64,000 bases of DNA. Source: Gemmatimonadales bacterium (lineage in GTDB: Bacteria; Gemmatimonadota; Gemmatimonadetes; Gemmatimonadales; GWC2-71-9). Under the pieces are notes generated by a model. That model worked only from the letters and a program-made list of their open reading frames with translations. It had not been told where the DNA came from and did no database searches. The stretch covers positions 5,281 to 69,280 of the forward strand of contig DASWHL010000104.1 in NCBI GenBank assembly GCA_036398175.1, read 5' to 3'. A program made the position numbers and the translations under genes. Below are positions 45,956 through 56,142 of this stretch, in pieces (position 1 is the stretch's first letter; each line of letters starts with the position of its first letter).

Positions 45956-47292
45956 TGCCCGCCGGGCTGCTGGAGGCAATGCGGCGGGCGGCGGAGCTGG
46001 GCGACGTCGCGGGCTTCCTGCGCTCCGCGCGCAGCGCACATCCGTCCGATCTGTCGGACGCGCTCGCAGAGCTCGACGACGAGTTGCAGCTCCGGGTCGT
46101 GCAGGCCCTGCCACCCGAGATCGTCTCGGAAGCGCTGGCCGAGATGGAGGAGGGGGAACACCCGGAGGAACTGCTCGCGGCCTTGCGACCGGAGCAGGCC
46201 GCGGGGATCGTCAGCGAGCTCGAGGCGGACGACGCGGCGGACCTCATCGGGGATCTCCCGCCCGACGCCGCGCGCCGCATCCTGAGTCACGTCGCGGTGG
46301 CCGAGCGCGAGGACGTCGAGCGGCTGCTCGCCTACGGCGAGGAGACCGCCGGCGGGCGGATGACCACGGCGCTGATCAGGGTGCCCACGACCGCAACGCT
46401 GGGCGACGCGCTGGAGTCGGTTCGGAAGCAGGCGGAGGACGTCGAGGACTTCTTCCAGGTGTACTGCGTCGAGCCGGACGGGCGGTTGGGCGGGGTGTTG
46501 CCGCTGCAGCGGCTCGTCGTCTCCCAGCCGTCCCTTCTCGTCCGCGACGTGATGGAGCCGCCGCCGGCCCTGGTCACGCCCGATCTGGACCAGGAGGAGG
46601 TCGCCCGGCTCATGGCGCGCTACAACCTGCCCGCCATGGCGGTCGTGGACGGGCTGGGCCGGTTGCTGGGACGCATCACGTTCGACGACGTGATTGACGT
46701 GGTGGAAGCCGAGACCACCGAAGACCTGCTGCGGCTGGGCGGCGTGCCCGGCGACGAGGAACTGGCCGCCCCCTGGATGGACGCGGTGCGCGGCCGGCTG
46801 CCGTGGCTCTACGTGAACACCCTGACCGCGTTTCTGGCCGCGGGTGTGGTGTTCCTGCACCAGGATACGATCGCGGCGCTGGTGCTGCTGGCCGTCTACA
46901 TGCCCATCGTGGCGGGCCAGGGGGGCAACGCCGGGACCCAGGCGCTGGCGGTCACCGTGCGGCGGCTCGCGCTGGGACTCATCCCGCGGGGCACCGGCCG
47001 GCAAGTCATCGTGAAAGAGGTCCTGGTGGGCGCCACCAACGGGATCGCCGTGGGGCTGGCCGTGGGGCTCGTGGCCGTGCTCGCCGGGGGCACGGTCCTG
47101 CTGGGGGTGGTGGTCGCGCTGGCCATGTGGGGGAACCTGCTGATCGCGGGGCTGGTGGGCTCGATGGTGCCGGTCGTGCTCCAGCGGCTGGGCGCCGACC
47201 CGGCTGTGTCCAGCTCGGTGTTCGTCACGCCGGTCACGGACGCGTGCGGTTTCCTGTTGCTCCTTGGTATGGCGTCGTGGCTGCTCCTGTAA
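45952..47292 (+). CDS. mgtE: Magnesium transporter MgtE
   Basis: The ATG at 45952 overlaps the DUF502 stop. It has the MgtE N-domain (HPSDLSDALAELDDE), a CBS pair and the TM domain with IVAGQGGNAGTQ and DPAVSSSVFVTPVTD. Confidence 0.93.
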   Translation: MMPAGLLEAMRRAAELGDVAGFLRSARSAHPSDLSDALAELDDELQLRVVQALPPEIVSEALAEMEEGEHPEELLAALRPEQAAGIVSELEADDAADLIGDLPPDAARRILSHVAVAEREDVERLLAYGEETAGGRMTTALIRVPTTATLGDALESVRKQAEDVEDFFQVYCVEPDGRLGGVLPLQRLVVSQPSLLVRDVMEPPPALVTPDLDQEEVARLMARYNLPAMAVVDGLGRLLGRITFDDVIDVVEAETTEDLLRLGGVPGDEELAAPWMDAVRGRLPWLYVNTLTAFLAAGVVFLHQDTIAALVLLAVYMPIVAGQGGNAGTQALAVTVRRLALGLIPRGTGRQVIVKEVLVGATNGIAVGLAVGLVAVLAGGTVLLGVVVALAMWGNLLIAGLVGSMVPVVLQRLGADPAVSSSVFVTPVTDACGFLLLLGMASWLLL

Positions 47293-47329
47293 GCTTGCGG
47301 CCCGCGGTGGGAGCCCGCGACCTTTCGGC

Positions 47330-48397
47330 ATGACCACGGCGGAGCTGCTCGCGGCGCTCGAGGCGCGCCAGGTGCCCGCGCTGGCGCGGGCCATCTCGGT
47401 GATCGAGAACCGCCGGCCGGGCGCGGACGAACTGCTGGCGGCCCTGCACGGGCGCATCGGTCGGGCCCACCGGATCGGCATCACGGGCCCCCCGGGGGCC
47501 GGGAAATCCACGCTGACCGAGCGGCTGATTCAGCATTACCGGCGGCGCGGGCGGTCGGTGGCGGTCGTGGCGGTGGATCCCACGAGCCCGTTCACGGGCG
47601 GCGCGCTGCTGGGCGACCGGATCCGCATGGAATCGGTGTCGCTGGATCCGGACGTGTACATCCGCTCGATGGCCACGCGGGGCGAGATTGGCGGGCTGGC
47701 CACCGCGACCCGGGAAGTCTGCGACGTGCTCGACGCCTTCGGCTTCGACCGCCTGATCATCGAGACCGTCGGGGTCGGGCAGTCGGAGCTGACGATCGCG
47801 GCCACGGCCGATACGGCGGTCCTCGTGCTCGTGCCGGAGTCGGGCGACGGCGTGCAGGTGCTCAAGGCGGGCGTGATGGAGATCGCCGACGTGTATGCGA
47901 TCAACAAGGCCGACCGCCCGGGCGCGGACCGCCTGAAGCAGGAGATCGAGGTCATGCTCGGGATCCGGCGGGGGAACGCGTTCCGCCACGTGGGTGCCCA
48001 TCACGCGCCGCGGCCCACCGCGGGCGCCGCGCGCCGGCCCGGCGGCGCGGGGGCCCGCGGGAGCGGCGACGGCGATGACGCCTGGGAGCCGCCGGTGCTG
48101 TCGCTGGCGGCGGTGAAGGACGAGGGTGTGGCGGAGCTGGTGGATGCCATCGAACGGCACGCGGCCGCCCAGGCGGCCAGCGGGGAACTCGAACGGCGCC
48201 GCCAGGCCCGCATGATGCGGCATACGCGCGAAGTGGTGGATCGGGCCCTGCGGCAGCTGGTCTGGGAGGAGGCGGACGGGGAAACGACCCTGCGGCGCGG
48301 ACTCGACCGGCTGGCGGCGGGCACCGTCAGTCCGTACGACCTGGCCCGGGAAATCCTGACGGGACTGAAGAAGGAGATGGGCAATGGGCACGCATGA
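47330..48397 (+). CDS. meaB: Methylmalonyl-CoA mutase-associated G3E GTPase (MeaB/ArgK)
   Basis: IGITGPPGAGKSTL, VAVVAVDPTSPFTGGALLGDR, IIETVGVGQSE and INKADR. Confidence 0.9.
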   Translation: MTTAELLAALEARQVPALARAISVIENRRPGADELLAALHGRIGRAHRIGITGPPGAGKSTLTERLIQHYRRRGRSVAVVAVDPTSPFTGGALLGDRIRMESVSLDPDVYIRSMATRGEIGGLATATREVCDVLDAFGFDRLIIETVGVGQSELTIAATADTAVLVLVPESGDGVQVLKAGVMEIADVYAINKADRPGADRLKQEIEVMLGIRRGNAFRHVGAHHAPRPTAGAARRPGGAGARGSGDGDDAWEPPVLSLAAVKDEGVAELVDAIERHAAAQAASGELERRRQARMMRHTREVVDRALRQLVWEEADGETTLRRGLDRLAAGTVSPYDLAREILTGLKKEMGNGHA

Positions 48398-50027
48398 CGG
48401 TCATCGGGCCTGGCGGGCGGCCTACGACGCGGCGGAAAAGCGGGACGTCGAGTTCGTCACGCAGAGTTCCGCCCCCGTGGAGCCGCTCTACACCCCGTCG
48501 GACGTGGATCCGGACGCCTACGACGCGCGGCTCGGCGACCCCGGGGAGTACCCGTTCACGCGGGGCGTTCACCCCACGATGTATCGCGGGCGGTTGTGGA
48601 CCATGCGGCAGTTCGCGGGCTACGGCACCGCGGCCGACACCAACCGGCGCTTCAAGTTCCTCCTCGAGCACGGGCAGACCGGGCTGTCTACGGCGTTCGA
48701 TTTCCCGACGCTGATGGGCTACGACTCCGACCATCCACGATCGGAGGGCGAGGTCGGGATGTGCGGGGTGGCGATCTCGTCGCTGGCCGACATGGAGACG
48801 CTGTTCGACGGCATCCCCATGGACCAGGTGTCGACGTCCATGACCATCAACGGCCCGGCCGCGATGCTGTTCTGCTTTTACGTGGCGGCCGCCGAACGGC
48901 AGGGCGTGGATATCCGGACGCTCCGGGGGACCGTACAGAACGACATCCTCAAGGAATACATGGCGCAGCACGCGTGGGTGTATCCGGTGGAGCCCGCGCT
49001 CAAGATCATCGTGGACATGTTCGAGTGGGCGGCCGAGCACACGCCCCGGTGGAACACGATCTCCATTTCCGGCTATCATATCCGCGAAGCCGGTGCCACG
49101 GCCGTGCAGGAGCTGGCGTTCACGCTGGCCAACGGGTTCGAGTACGTGGAACGCGGTATCGCGCGCGGGCTGGACGTGGACCGGTTTGCCCCGCGCCTGT
49201 CGTTCTTCTGGGACGTGCACAACGATTTCTTCGAGGAAATCGCCAAGATGCGCGCCGCGCGACGGATCTGGGCGCGGCACCTGAAGGAACGCTACGGGGC
49301 GCGCGACCCCCGGTCATGGATGATGCGGTTCCACTGCCAGACGGCGGGCGTCTCGCTGATGGCGCAGCAGCCCCTGAACAACGTCGTGCGCGTCGCCTAC
49401 CAGGCCATGGCGGCCGTGTTGTCGGGCGCCCAGTCCCTGCACACGAACTCGCTGGACGAGACCTACGCGCTGCCCACCGAGGAGTCCGTCCGGCTGGCGC
49501 TCCGGACCCAGCAGATCCTGGCGTACGAGTCTGGCGTGCCCAACGTGATTGATCCGCTGGGCGGTTCGTACTTCGTCGAAGCGCTCACCGACCGGATGGA
49601 GCGGGACGCCGAGGCGATCTTTGCCGAGATCGCCCAGGTGGGCGGGGTGGTGCGTGGGATCGAGCTGGGCTGGTTCCAGCGCCAGATCGCGCAGAGCGCC
49701 CGCCTGTTCCAGCACGAGGTGGAGCAACGGCGGCGGATTCTGGTGGGGGTGAACGCGTTCGAGAGCGCGGACGATCCGGCGCCGGCGATCCTCCGGATCG
49801 GCGCGTCCGCGGACGAGACCCAGCGCGGGCGGCTGGCGCAGGTCCGCGCCACCCGCGACGACGCCCGGGTGGAGGCCTGCCTGACGGCGCTGCGGGAGTC
49901 CGCGGCGCGCGACGACAACGTGATCCCGGCCATGCTGGACTGCGCGCGCGCCTACGGCACGCTGTTCGAGATCCGGCACGCCCTGGAGGAGGTCTACGGT
50001 GCCTACCGTGAACCGGTCTTTTTCTAA
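48384..50027 (+). CDS. Methylmalonyl-CoA mutase family, large catalytic subunit (no B12 domain)
   Basis: YPFTRGVHPTMYRGRLWTMRQFAGYGTAADTNRRFKFLLEHGQTGLSTAFDFPTLMGYDSD, and TQQILAYESG. Substrate specificity (methylmalonyl versus other acyl-CoA mutases) was not determined. Confidence 0.92.
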   Translation: MGTHDGHRAWRAAYDAAEKRDVEFVTQSSAPVEPLYTPSDVDPDAYDARLGDPGEYPFTRGVHPTMYRGRLWTMRQFAGYGTAADTNRRFKFLLEHGQTGLSTAFDFPTLMGYDSDHPRSEGEVGMCGVAISSLADMETLFDGIPMDQVSTSMTINGPAAMLFCFYVAAAERQGVDIRTLRGTVQNDILKEYMAQHAWVYPVEPALKIIVDMFEWAAEHTPRWNTISISGYHIREAGATAVQELAFTLANGFEYVERGIARGLDVDRFAPRLSFFWDVHNDFFEEIAKMRAARRIWARHLKERYGARDPRSWMMRFHCQTAGVSLMAQQPLNNVVRVAYQAMAAVLSGAQSLHTNSLDETYALPTEESVRLALRTQQILAYESGVPNVIDPLGGSYFVEALTDRMERDAEAIFAEIAQVGGVVRGIELGWFQRQIAQSARLFQHEVEQRRRILVGVNAFESADDPAPAILRIGASADETQRGRLAQVRATRDDARVEACLTALRESAARDDNVIPAMLDCARAYGTLFEIRHALEEVYGAYREPVFF

Positions 50028-51258
50028 ACGGCCCTCGGCGGCGCGGAAGCCGCGGCGCGGCGGCGAGCGCGGGATCGGCACCCTCATCGGGCGGCTCGCC
50101 GCCATGGGGGCCACGCGCCACTGGGTCGTATCCTGCTACCTCAAGCTGGAGCCCCGGGACCGCGGTCGGGGCAAGTACCTCATCAAGCTCAAGAACCGCG
50201 CGAAGCGACTGCTGGCGGACCTCGAGGCACGGGGGCTCGCGCGCGCCGAGCGCGCCGAGGTGGAGCGGGACGTCGAGCGCATCCGGGACTACCTGTCCCA
50301 TCCCGGACAGCTCCCGGCGGGGCGGGGCATCGCCATCTTCGCCTGCGGGCCCGCCGGGCTGTTCGAGGCGGTGCCGCTCCCGCTGGTGTTCCGGTCGCGG
50401 CTGGTCGTGGATCACTCACCCCTCGTCCGCGAGCTGGCGGCGCTCGACAGCGAGTTCGGGCGCGTCCTCTGCACGGCGTACGACCGGACGAACGCCCGGT
50501 TCTTTGCGGTGTCCGCGCACGGGGTGGAGGAGCTGCCGCACCTCACGGCCGATGACACCACCCGGTCGGCCCGGTTCCACGGCCCCAGCAAGGGCCGGGG
50601 GGGGCGGGGTCGTGGAGACGGTGGTGCGGCGGTCGGGCCGTCCGCGCCGGGCGAGCACAACTTCAACCAGCGCATTCGCGAGGAGAAACAGCGGCACTAC
50701 GCGCAGATCGCGCAGCGGCTGTTCGAGTTGATCCAGGAACAGCCCGTGCGCGGCGTGGTGCTCGCGGGCACGAAGGCCGACGTGGGCGCGGTGGCGCCGC
50801 ACCTCCACCCGTACGTGGCCGACGCCGTGCTCGGCACCGCCCGGCTGAATCCCAAGGACGCCTCGGAAGTGGAGGTGCTCGAGGCGGTGCTCGACATCCA
50901 GATGGAAACCGAGCGCGTATGGGAACGGCGCCACCTCGCCGAACTGGGGGAAGGCCGGGGGACCGGATGGGCCCTGAACGGCGTCACCGCCACGCTGGGC
51001 GCGCTGGCGCGGGGCCAGGTGCGGACCCTGCTGGTGGACTCCACGGCAGAGCGCCCCGGCTTCCGCTGCCGCGGCGACGGCCGGTTGACCGTGACGGCGG
51101 CGGACTGTGACGGCGATGCCGAGCCCGTGCTCGACGTCCTGGACGAGGCCATCGAGGAAGCGCTGCGGCAGGGCGCGCAGGTGGACGTGATCGAGGATCC
51201 GGCCGTGCAGACGCGCGTGGACGGGCTGGCCTGCCTGTTGCGGTTCCGGCTTGGTTGA
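49999..51258 (+). CDS. eRF1/Pelota-fold protein (bacterial baeRF1 / Rv2629-like family; putative)
   Basis: Central VRGVVLAGTKADVGAV and C-terminal WALNGVTATLGALARGQVRTLLVD resemble eRF1/Pelota domains 2-3. A Gly-rich loop is followed by a Gln-containing segment, GEHNFNQRIREEKQRHY. The start is either GTG 49999 (overlapping the mutase gene) or ATG 50104. Confidence 0.6.
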   Translation: MPTVNRSFSKRPSAARKPRRGGERGIGTLIGRLAAMGATRHWVVSCYLKLEPRDRGRGKYLIKLKNRAKRLLADLEARGLARAERAEVERDVERIRDYLSHPGQLPAGRGIAIFACGPAGLFEAVPLPLVFRSRLVVDHSPLVRELAALDSEFGRVLCTAYDRTNARFFAVSAHGVEELPHLTADDTTRSARFHGPSKGRGGRGRGDGGAAVGPSAPGEHNFNQRIREEKQRHYAQIAQRLFELIQEQPVRGVVLAGTKADVGAVAPHLHPYVADAVLGTARLNPKDASEVEVLEAVLDIQMETERVWERRHLAELGEGRGTGWALNGVTATLGALARGQVRTLLVDSTAERPGFRCRGDGRLTVTAADCDGDAEPVLDVLDEAIEEALRQGAQVDVIEDPAVQTRVDGLACLLRFRLG

Positions 51259-51302
51259 GCCGCTTGTCGCAACCCTCGCGGTTCCATTAGGTTGAGCGCG
51301 CC

Positions 51303-51722
51303 ATGACTGCCAACGAGCGCAGACGTCCGATCCGGGTCCTGGTCGCAAAACCGGGACTCGACGGACATGATCGCGGGGCCAAGGTCGTGGCCGCCGCGCT
51401 CCGCGATGCCGGCATGGAGGTCATCTACACCGGCCTCCACCAGACGCCCGAGATGATCGCCAGCGCCGCCGTGCAGGAAGACGTGGACGTCGTGGGCCTG
51501 TCCATCCTGTCCGGCGCCCACATGACGCTCTTCCCGCGCGTCCGGGCGCTGCTCGAGGCAGCCGGGCGGGACGACGTGCTGCTGATCGGCGGCGGCATCA
51601 TCCCGCAGGAGGATGTGGCGGCCCTCGAGCGGGAGGGGATCGCGCGGCTGTTCGGTCCCGGGACCCCGTCGTCGGAAATCGTGGAATACCTCACCACCGC
51701 CGTCGCGCAGCGGCAGGCGTGA
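51303..51722 (+). CDS. Methylmalonyl-CoA mutase small subunit (cobalamin-binding domain)
   Basis: 139 aa. [20 protein letters not shown] (DxHxxG B12 motif), [11 protein letters not shown] and LIGGGIIP. Confidence 0.9.
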   Translation: MTANERRRPIRVLVAKPGLDGHDRGAKVVAAALRDAGMEVIYTGLHQTPEMIASAAVQEDVDVVGLSILSGAHMTLFPRVRALLEAAGRDDVLLIGGGIIPQEDVAALEREGIARLFGPGTPSSEIVEYLTTAVAQRQA

Positions 51723-53323
51723 CCGCCACGGAACGGGTGAGCCGGCTGCGCGAGCTCACGGAGGCGTATCGTGCGCTCGCGGCCCGGATCGAGCAGGGCG
51801 GCGGCCCGGAGCGCATCCGCAAACAGCACGATCAGGGCAAGCTGACGGCGCGCGAGCGCGTGCATCGGTTGCGCGATGCCGGCTCGCCCTGGCTCGAGCT
51901 GGGGTTGCTCGTGGCCCACGACCAGTACGACGGCCAGGCGCCGGGCGCCGGCGTCGTGACCGGCATCGCGGAGGTGAGTGGGCGGGAGGTGGTCGTGGTC
52001 GCCAACGACGCCACGGTGAAAGCCGGGTCGTGGTGGCCGGAGACCATCAGGAAGATCCTGCGGGCGCAGGAAGCCGCGATGCGCCAGCGCATCCCCATCA
52101 TCTATCTCGTGGACTCCGCCGGCGTGAACCTCCCGTACCAGGGGGGGGTGTTCCCCGGACAGTACGGCGCGGCCCGGATCTTCTACTACAACTCGATCAT
52201 GCGGCGTTATCTCCACGTGCCGCAGATTTCGGCCGTGATGGGTCCGTGCGTGGCGGGCGGGGCCTATCTGCCGGCCCTGTCCGACGTGATCTACATGGTC
52301 GAAGGCACGTCGTTCATGGGGCTGGGTGGACCGAATCTCGTCAAGGGGGCCACCGGCCAGACGGTGGACGGCGAGCTGCTGGGCGGGGCGGTCACCCACA
52401 CGGCGGTGAGCGCGGTGGCACACTACCGCGCCACGGACGACGCGGACTGTCTCGACCGGATCCGGGAGTACGTGGCCCGGCTCCCCGTCCCCACGCGCGA
52501 GCGCTTCCCGCGGCGCGGGGAGCCGGATCGGGCGCCGGGGCGGGACCCGGAAGCGTTGTACGACATCCTGCCACACGATCACCGGATGGCGTACGACATG
52601 CGCGCCGTGCTCGACTGCCTGCTGGACGACGGCCGGCTCGACGAGTTCCAGCCCGACATCGGGGCCGAGATGCTGTGTGGCCACGGCGCCATCGAGGGAT
52701 GGCCGGTGGCGGTCATCGCGAATCAGCGCGGCATCATCAAGGGGCGCGAGGGCGAGCGCCCGCGGTTCGGCGGCATCGTCTACACGGCGAGCGCCGAGAA
52801 GGTCGCCTACTTCATCGAGACCGCGAGCCGGGAGCGGATCCCGATCCTGTTCGTGCAGGACGTGAGCGGCTTCATGGTGGGGCCCGAGGCGGAGCACTCC
52901 GGCATCATCCGGGCCGGGGCGCAGTTCGTGGAGGCCATGGCCACCGCGGTGGTCCCGAAGCTCGTGCTCACAGTCAACCACGCGTCGGGCGCGGGCTACT
53001 ACGCCATGGCCGGCCAGGGGTTCGATCCCGACCTCATCCTGTCGTGGCCCACCGGGCGGATGGGCGTGATGGAAGGCGAGTCGGCCGTGCAGGCCGTGTT
53101 CGGGGGCCGTGTGGCCGACGCCGCGGTGGCCGATCAGGTCGAGCAGATGCGGGCGGATTACGAGCACCAGCTCGACGCCACGTACGCGGGCGCCCGCGGC
53201 TTCGTGGACGCCATCGTGGCGCCCGAGGAGACCCGCGCGATGCTGGCCTTTGCCTGCCGCGTCGTGACCAACTACGACGGCCCGCACCTCGGCGCGTTCG
53301 TCCTGCCGGAGCGTCAGCCGTGA
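51719..53323 (+). CDS. Acyl-CoA carboxylase carboxyltransferase (beta) subunit, MccB/AtuC-like
   Basis: [55 protein letters not shown] and [16 protein letters not shown]. The GTG start overlaps the preceding stop. Confidence 0.9.
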   Translation: MTATERVSRLRELTEAYRALAARIEQGGGPERIRKQHDQGKLTARERVHRLRDAGSPWLELGLLVAHDQYDGQAPGAGVVTGIAEVSGREVVVVANDATVKAGSWWPETIRKILRAQEAAMRQRIPIIYLVDSAGVNLPYQGGVFPGQYGAARIFYYNSIMRRYLHVPQISAVMGPCVAGGAYLPALSDVIYMVEGTSFMGLGGPNLVKGATGQTVDGELLGGAVTHTAVSAVAHYRATDDADCLDRIREYVARLPVPTRERFPRRGEPDRAPGRDPEALYDILPHDHRMAYDMRAVLDCLLDDGRLDEFQPDIGAEMLCGHGAIEGWPVAVIANQRGIIKGREGERPRFGGIVYTASAEKVAYFIETASRERIPILFVQDVSGFMVGPEAEHSGIIRAGAQFVEAMATAVVPKLVLTVNHASGAGYYAMAGQGFDPDLILSWPTGRMGVMEGESAVQAVFGGRVADAAVADQVEQMRADYEHQLDATYAGARGFVDAIVAPEETRAMLAFACRVVTNYDGPHLGAFVLPERQP

Positions 53324-56142
53324 TCGTCGGGCGCCGCCGCGCGGCCGGCCCGAGCCTGGCGGCGGCGGTGCTGACAGCCGCCTGCGCCGCGCGCGGTCCC
53401 ACCGAGGTCGCCCCACACCTGAATCCCGCCGAGGTGCGCGCGGACCGCACCGCGGTGGCCGGCGCCGAACCGCCACAACCCCTGCTGCCACCGCAGGCCG
53501 CGCACCTGCTGGGGCTGCTGCCGCGGCGGACCGTGGGCGCGGAGCAGTTCGTCGCGGCGCACCCCACGCACGACGGCCGGGGCATCCTGATCGCCATCCT
53601 CGACAGCGGCATTGACGCCGGGCTCCCCGGCCTCCGGACGACCACGGCCGGCCTGCCCAAGCTCGCGGACCTGCGGGACTTCGCGGGGGAAGGCCGGGTC
53701 CGGCTGACGCCGGTCACGCCCACGCGCGACGTCTTCCTGATCGCGGGCCGGCCCCTCGAGGGGGCGAGCCGCGTCCGGGCGCTCACCACGGGGACCGTGT
53801 ACGGCGGGGTACTCGTGGAGCGCGCGCTGGGCGCCCTGCCGGCCGCGGACGTGAACGGCGACGGCGACCGCGACGACGCGCTCCCCATCGTGGTGGCCCG
53901 CGCCAGCGACGGGTGGTTCCTCCTGGCGGACACCGACGGAGACGGCTCCCTGGTGGGGGAAACCCCGGTGCGGGACTTCGCCCAGGCCGGTGACACGTTC
54001 TCGTTCGGCCCGGTCACGCTGGCGGCCAACTTCACCGACACCGGCGACGCGCCGCGACTCGATCTGTTCTTCGATACGTCGGGCCACGGCACGCACGTGG
54101 CGGGAATCGCGGCGGGGCACAACCTGTTCGGCGTCGAGGGGTTCGACGGGATCGCGCCCGGAGCCCAGCTGCTGGGCCTCAAGATCGCCAACGATGCCCG
54201 CGGCGGCATCTCCGTGACCGGGTCCATGGTGCGCGCGATGGAGTACGCGGCCGCGTTCGCGGAGCGCCGGCAGCAGCCGCTGGTCGTGAACCTGAGCTTC
54301 GGGATCGGCAACGATGACGGGCGGGGACGCCCGGTCATTGACTCGATCATTGACGCGTTCGCGTTGGCGCACCCCGGAGTCGTGGTGGTCATCAGCGCCG
54401 GGAACGACGGTCCCGGACTCTCCACCGTGGGCTTCCCGGGTTCGGCCGCGTTCGCGCTGTCCGCGTGCGCGCTCTTCCCCGGCGCCTTTGCGCAGGCGCC
54501 GACCGAGTCGGGGCCGGCCGCGGAGGACGTGCTGGGGTGGTGGAGCGCGCGCGGAGGCGTGTTCCAGAAGCCGGACGTCTGCGTGCCGGGGGTCGCGTTC
54601 TCCAACGTTCCCGCGTGGCAGACGGGCGAGGAGGTGTCGGGCGGGACCAGCATGGCTGCGCCACAGCTGGCCGGCGTGGCCGCGCTGCTGCTCTCCGCGC
54701 TGCGCGCGGAGGGAGCCACCGCCGACGCCGCCGCCATTGCCGCGGCCCTGCGCAGTACGGCGACCCCCATTCCCGGCGCCACCACGCTCGACGCGGGCGC
54801 CGGCGTGCCGAACGTCGAGGCCGCCTGGCGCTGGCTGCGCGCGGGGCATCGGGCGGGCCGGTTCACCGTGCGAAGCGCGCCGGACGGGACCAACCGCGGG
54901 TTCAGTGCCGCGTATCGGCGCGACGGATTGAACCCGGCGGATACGCTCCAGCGGTTCACGATCACCTCGGAAGGCGGCCAGCCGTTCGCGCGGCTGCTGC
55001 TCCGCCCGGACGCGCCGTGGCTCCGGGCGCCCCGGGCCGTTGACTTCGCGGGCGCACCGGCCACCGTGCCCGTCGTCTACGATCGCCGCGCCTTGCAGGC
55101 GCCGGGGCTGTACGTGGGAACCGCGTGGGCCCGTCCCGCGTCGGACACGTTGAGCGGCGCCGCGTTTGGTCTCACGTCGGCGATCGTCGTGCCGTACACG
55201 CTGGAACGGCCGCTCAAGCTCCGCGAGTACGTGGCAAAGGGACGGAGCGCCCGGTTCTTCTTTGCCGTGCCGGAGGGCGCGGGCGGGCTCACGGTGCGCG
55301 TTGCCGTGGCCGACAAGGAGCAGGCGGCGAGCCTCTACCTGTTCGAGCCCACGGGACAGCCGCAGCGCGAGGAGGCGGCCCTCGAGATCGGCGGCGAGCT
55401 GCCGGCCAGCGGCGCGCTCCACGTTCGGGCCGAGGACCTGGTCCCGGGCGTCTACGAGGCGGTGCTGGTGGCAACCCCGACGCGCGGCGCGACCGTGGCG
55501 TTCAGCGCCGCGTTGGGGCCGGTGGGCCTCGGGGTTCGCGGCGCTGACGGTATCCACGTGACCAACCGCTCCCAGGCGTCGCTCGCCGGCTCCGCCACGG
55601 TGCGGGCGCTCGGCGGGGGCAAACGGTTCCGGATGCACGGGGGGCCGTCCGTGGCGGCGCGGGAGCGGCTGGCCGTGCCCGAGTGGGCCCGCACGCTGCG
55701 GATCGAGGTCGCCTTTGCGCGAGCCGTCTGGCCGCAGGTGACCGACGTGGGCGTCTCCGTCTGGGATACGAGCGGCTACCTCGTGGCCGAAGGGCCGCTC
55801 AACTACGCGGTGGGGCGGCAGCAGGTTGCCGTGGATCCGGCGACGCTGCCCGTCGTCGACCTCGAGATCATGCCGGGGTTCGCGCGGCCGGATGCGGAGA
55901 CGGTCTGGGAGGCGGAGGTGACGGTCGCGTTCCTGCCGGGGTCGGGCACCGCCCTCGCGCCAACTGCGACGTTGCCCCTCCGGCTGGGCGCCGGCGCCAG
56001 CATCCTGCTGCCCTGGACGGCTGACTCCCTGACCTGGCTCCCCGCCGGGCTCGAGGTGCTGACGGAAGTGCGGGTCACCTCGGACGGGAACGCGCCGTCG
56101 GTGATCCGGACGCTGATTCCCCATCCGGCGGCCACGCGGTGA
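53320..56142 (+). CDS. S8 family (subtilase, tripeptidyl-peptidase-II-like) serine peptidase, lipoprotein
   Basis: The GTG at 53320 gives [22 protein letters not shown] (lipobox). Catalytic motifs are IAILDSGID (Asp), [11 protein letters not shown] (His) and [12 protein letters not shown] (Ser). The ~450-aa C-terminal extension is unassigned. GTGA overlaps occur on both sides. Confidence 0.85.
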   Translation: MIVGRRRAAGPSLAAAVLTAACAARGPTEVAPHLNPAEVRADRTAVAGAEPPQPLLPPQAAHLLGLLPRRTVGAEQFVAAHPTHDGRGILIAILDSGIDAGLPGLRTTTAGLPKLADLRDFAGEGRVRLTPVTPTRDVFLIAGRPLEGASRVRALTTGTVYGGVLVERALGALPAADVNGDGDRDDALPIVVARASDGWFLLADTDGDGSLVGETPVRDFAQAGDTFSFGPVTLAANFTDTGDAPRLDLFFDTSGHGTHVAGIAAGHNLFGVEGFDGIAPGAQLLGLKIANDARGGISVTGSMVRAMEYAAAFAERRQQPLVVNLSFGIGNDDGRGRPVIDSIIDAFALAHPGVVVVISAGNDGPGLSTVGFPGSAAFALSACALFPGAFAQAPTESGPAAEDVLGWWSARGGVFQKPDVCVPGVAFSNVPAWQTGEEVSGGTSMAAPQLAGVAALLLSALRAEGATADAAAIAAALRSTATPIPGATTLDAGAGVPNVEAAWRWLRAGHRAGRFTVRSAPDGTNRGFSAAYRRDGLNPADTLQRFTITSEGGQPFARLLLRPDAPWLRAPRAVDFAGAPATVPVVYDRRALQAPGLYVGTAWARPASDTLSGAAFGLTSAIVVPYTLERPLKLREYVAKGRSARFFFAVPEGAGGLTVRVAVADKEQAASLYLFEPTGQPQREEAALEIGGELPASGALHVRAEDLVPGVYEAVLVATPTRGATVAFSAALGPVGLGVRGADGIHVTNRSQASLAGSATVRALGGGKRFRMHGGPSVAARERLAVPEWARTLRIEVAFARAVWPQVTDVGVSVWDTSGYLVAEGPLNYAVGRQQVAVDPATLPVVDLEIMPGFARPDAETVWEAEVTVAFLPGSGTALAPTATLPLRLGAGASILLPWTADSLTWLPAGLEVLTEVRVTSDGNAPSVIRTLIPHPAATR

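Noticed and set aside
47293-47329. Possible cobalamin riboswitch upstream of the meaB/mutase genes.
   Set aside because: The intergenic gap is only 37 nt, far too short for a B12 riboswitch. It contains only a short GC hairpin.
51613-53319. 5' extension of the S8 peptidase ORF (track entry 51613..56142, 1509 aa); similarly 26917..27732 for the HEAT gene and 38392..39354 for phoH.
   Set aside because: The extensions overlap well-supported genes (carboxyltransferase, trpB, aspS) in another frame. The internal GTG starts overlapping the upstream stop give sensible N-termini, for example the lipoprotein leader of the peptidase.
53034-56124. 936-aa and 676-aa minus-strand ORFs.
   Set aside because: They are antisense to the S8 peptidase gene, which has a complete Asp/His/Ser triad. 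They have no motifs and a compositionally biased translation.
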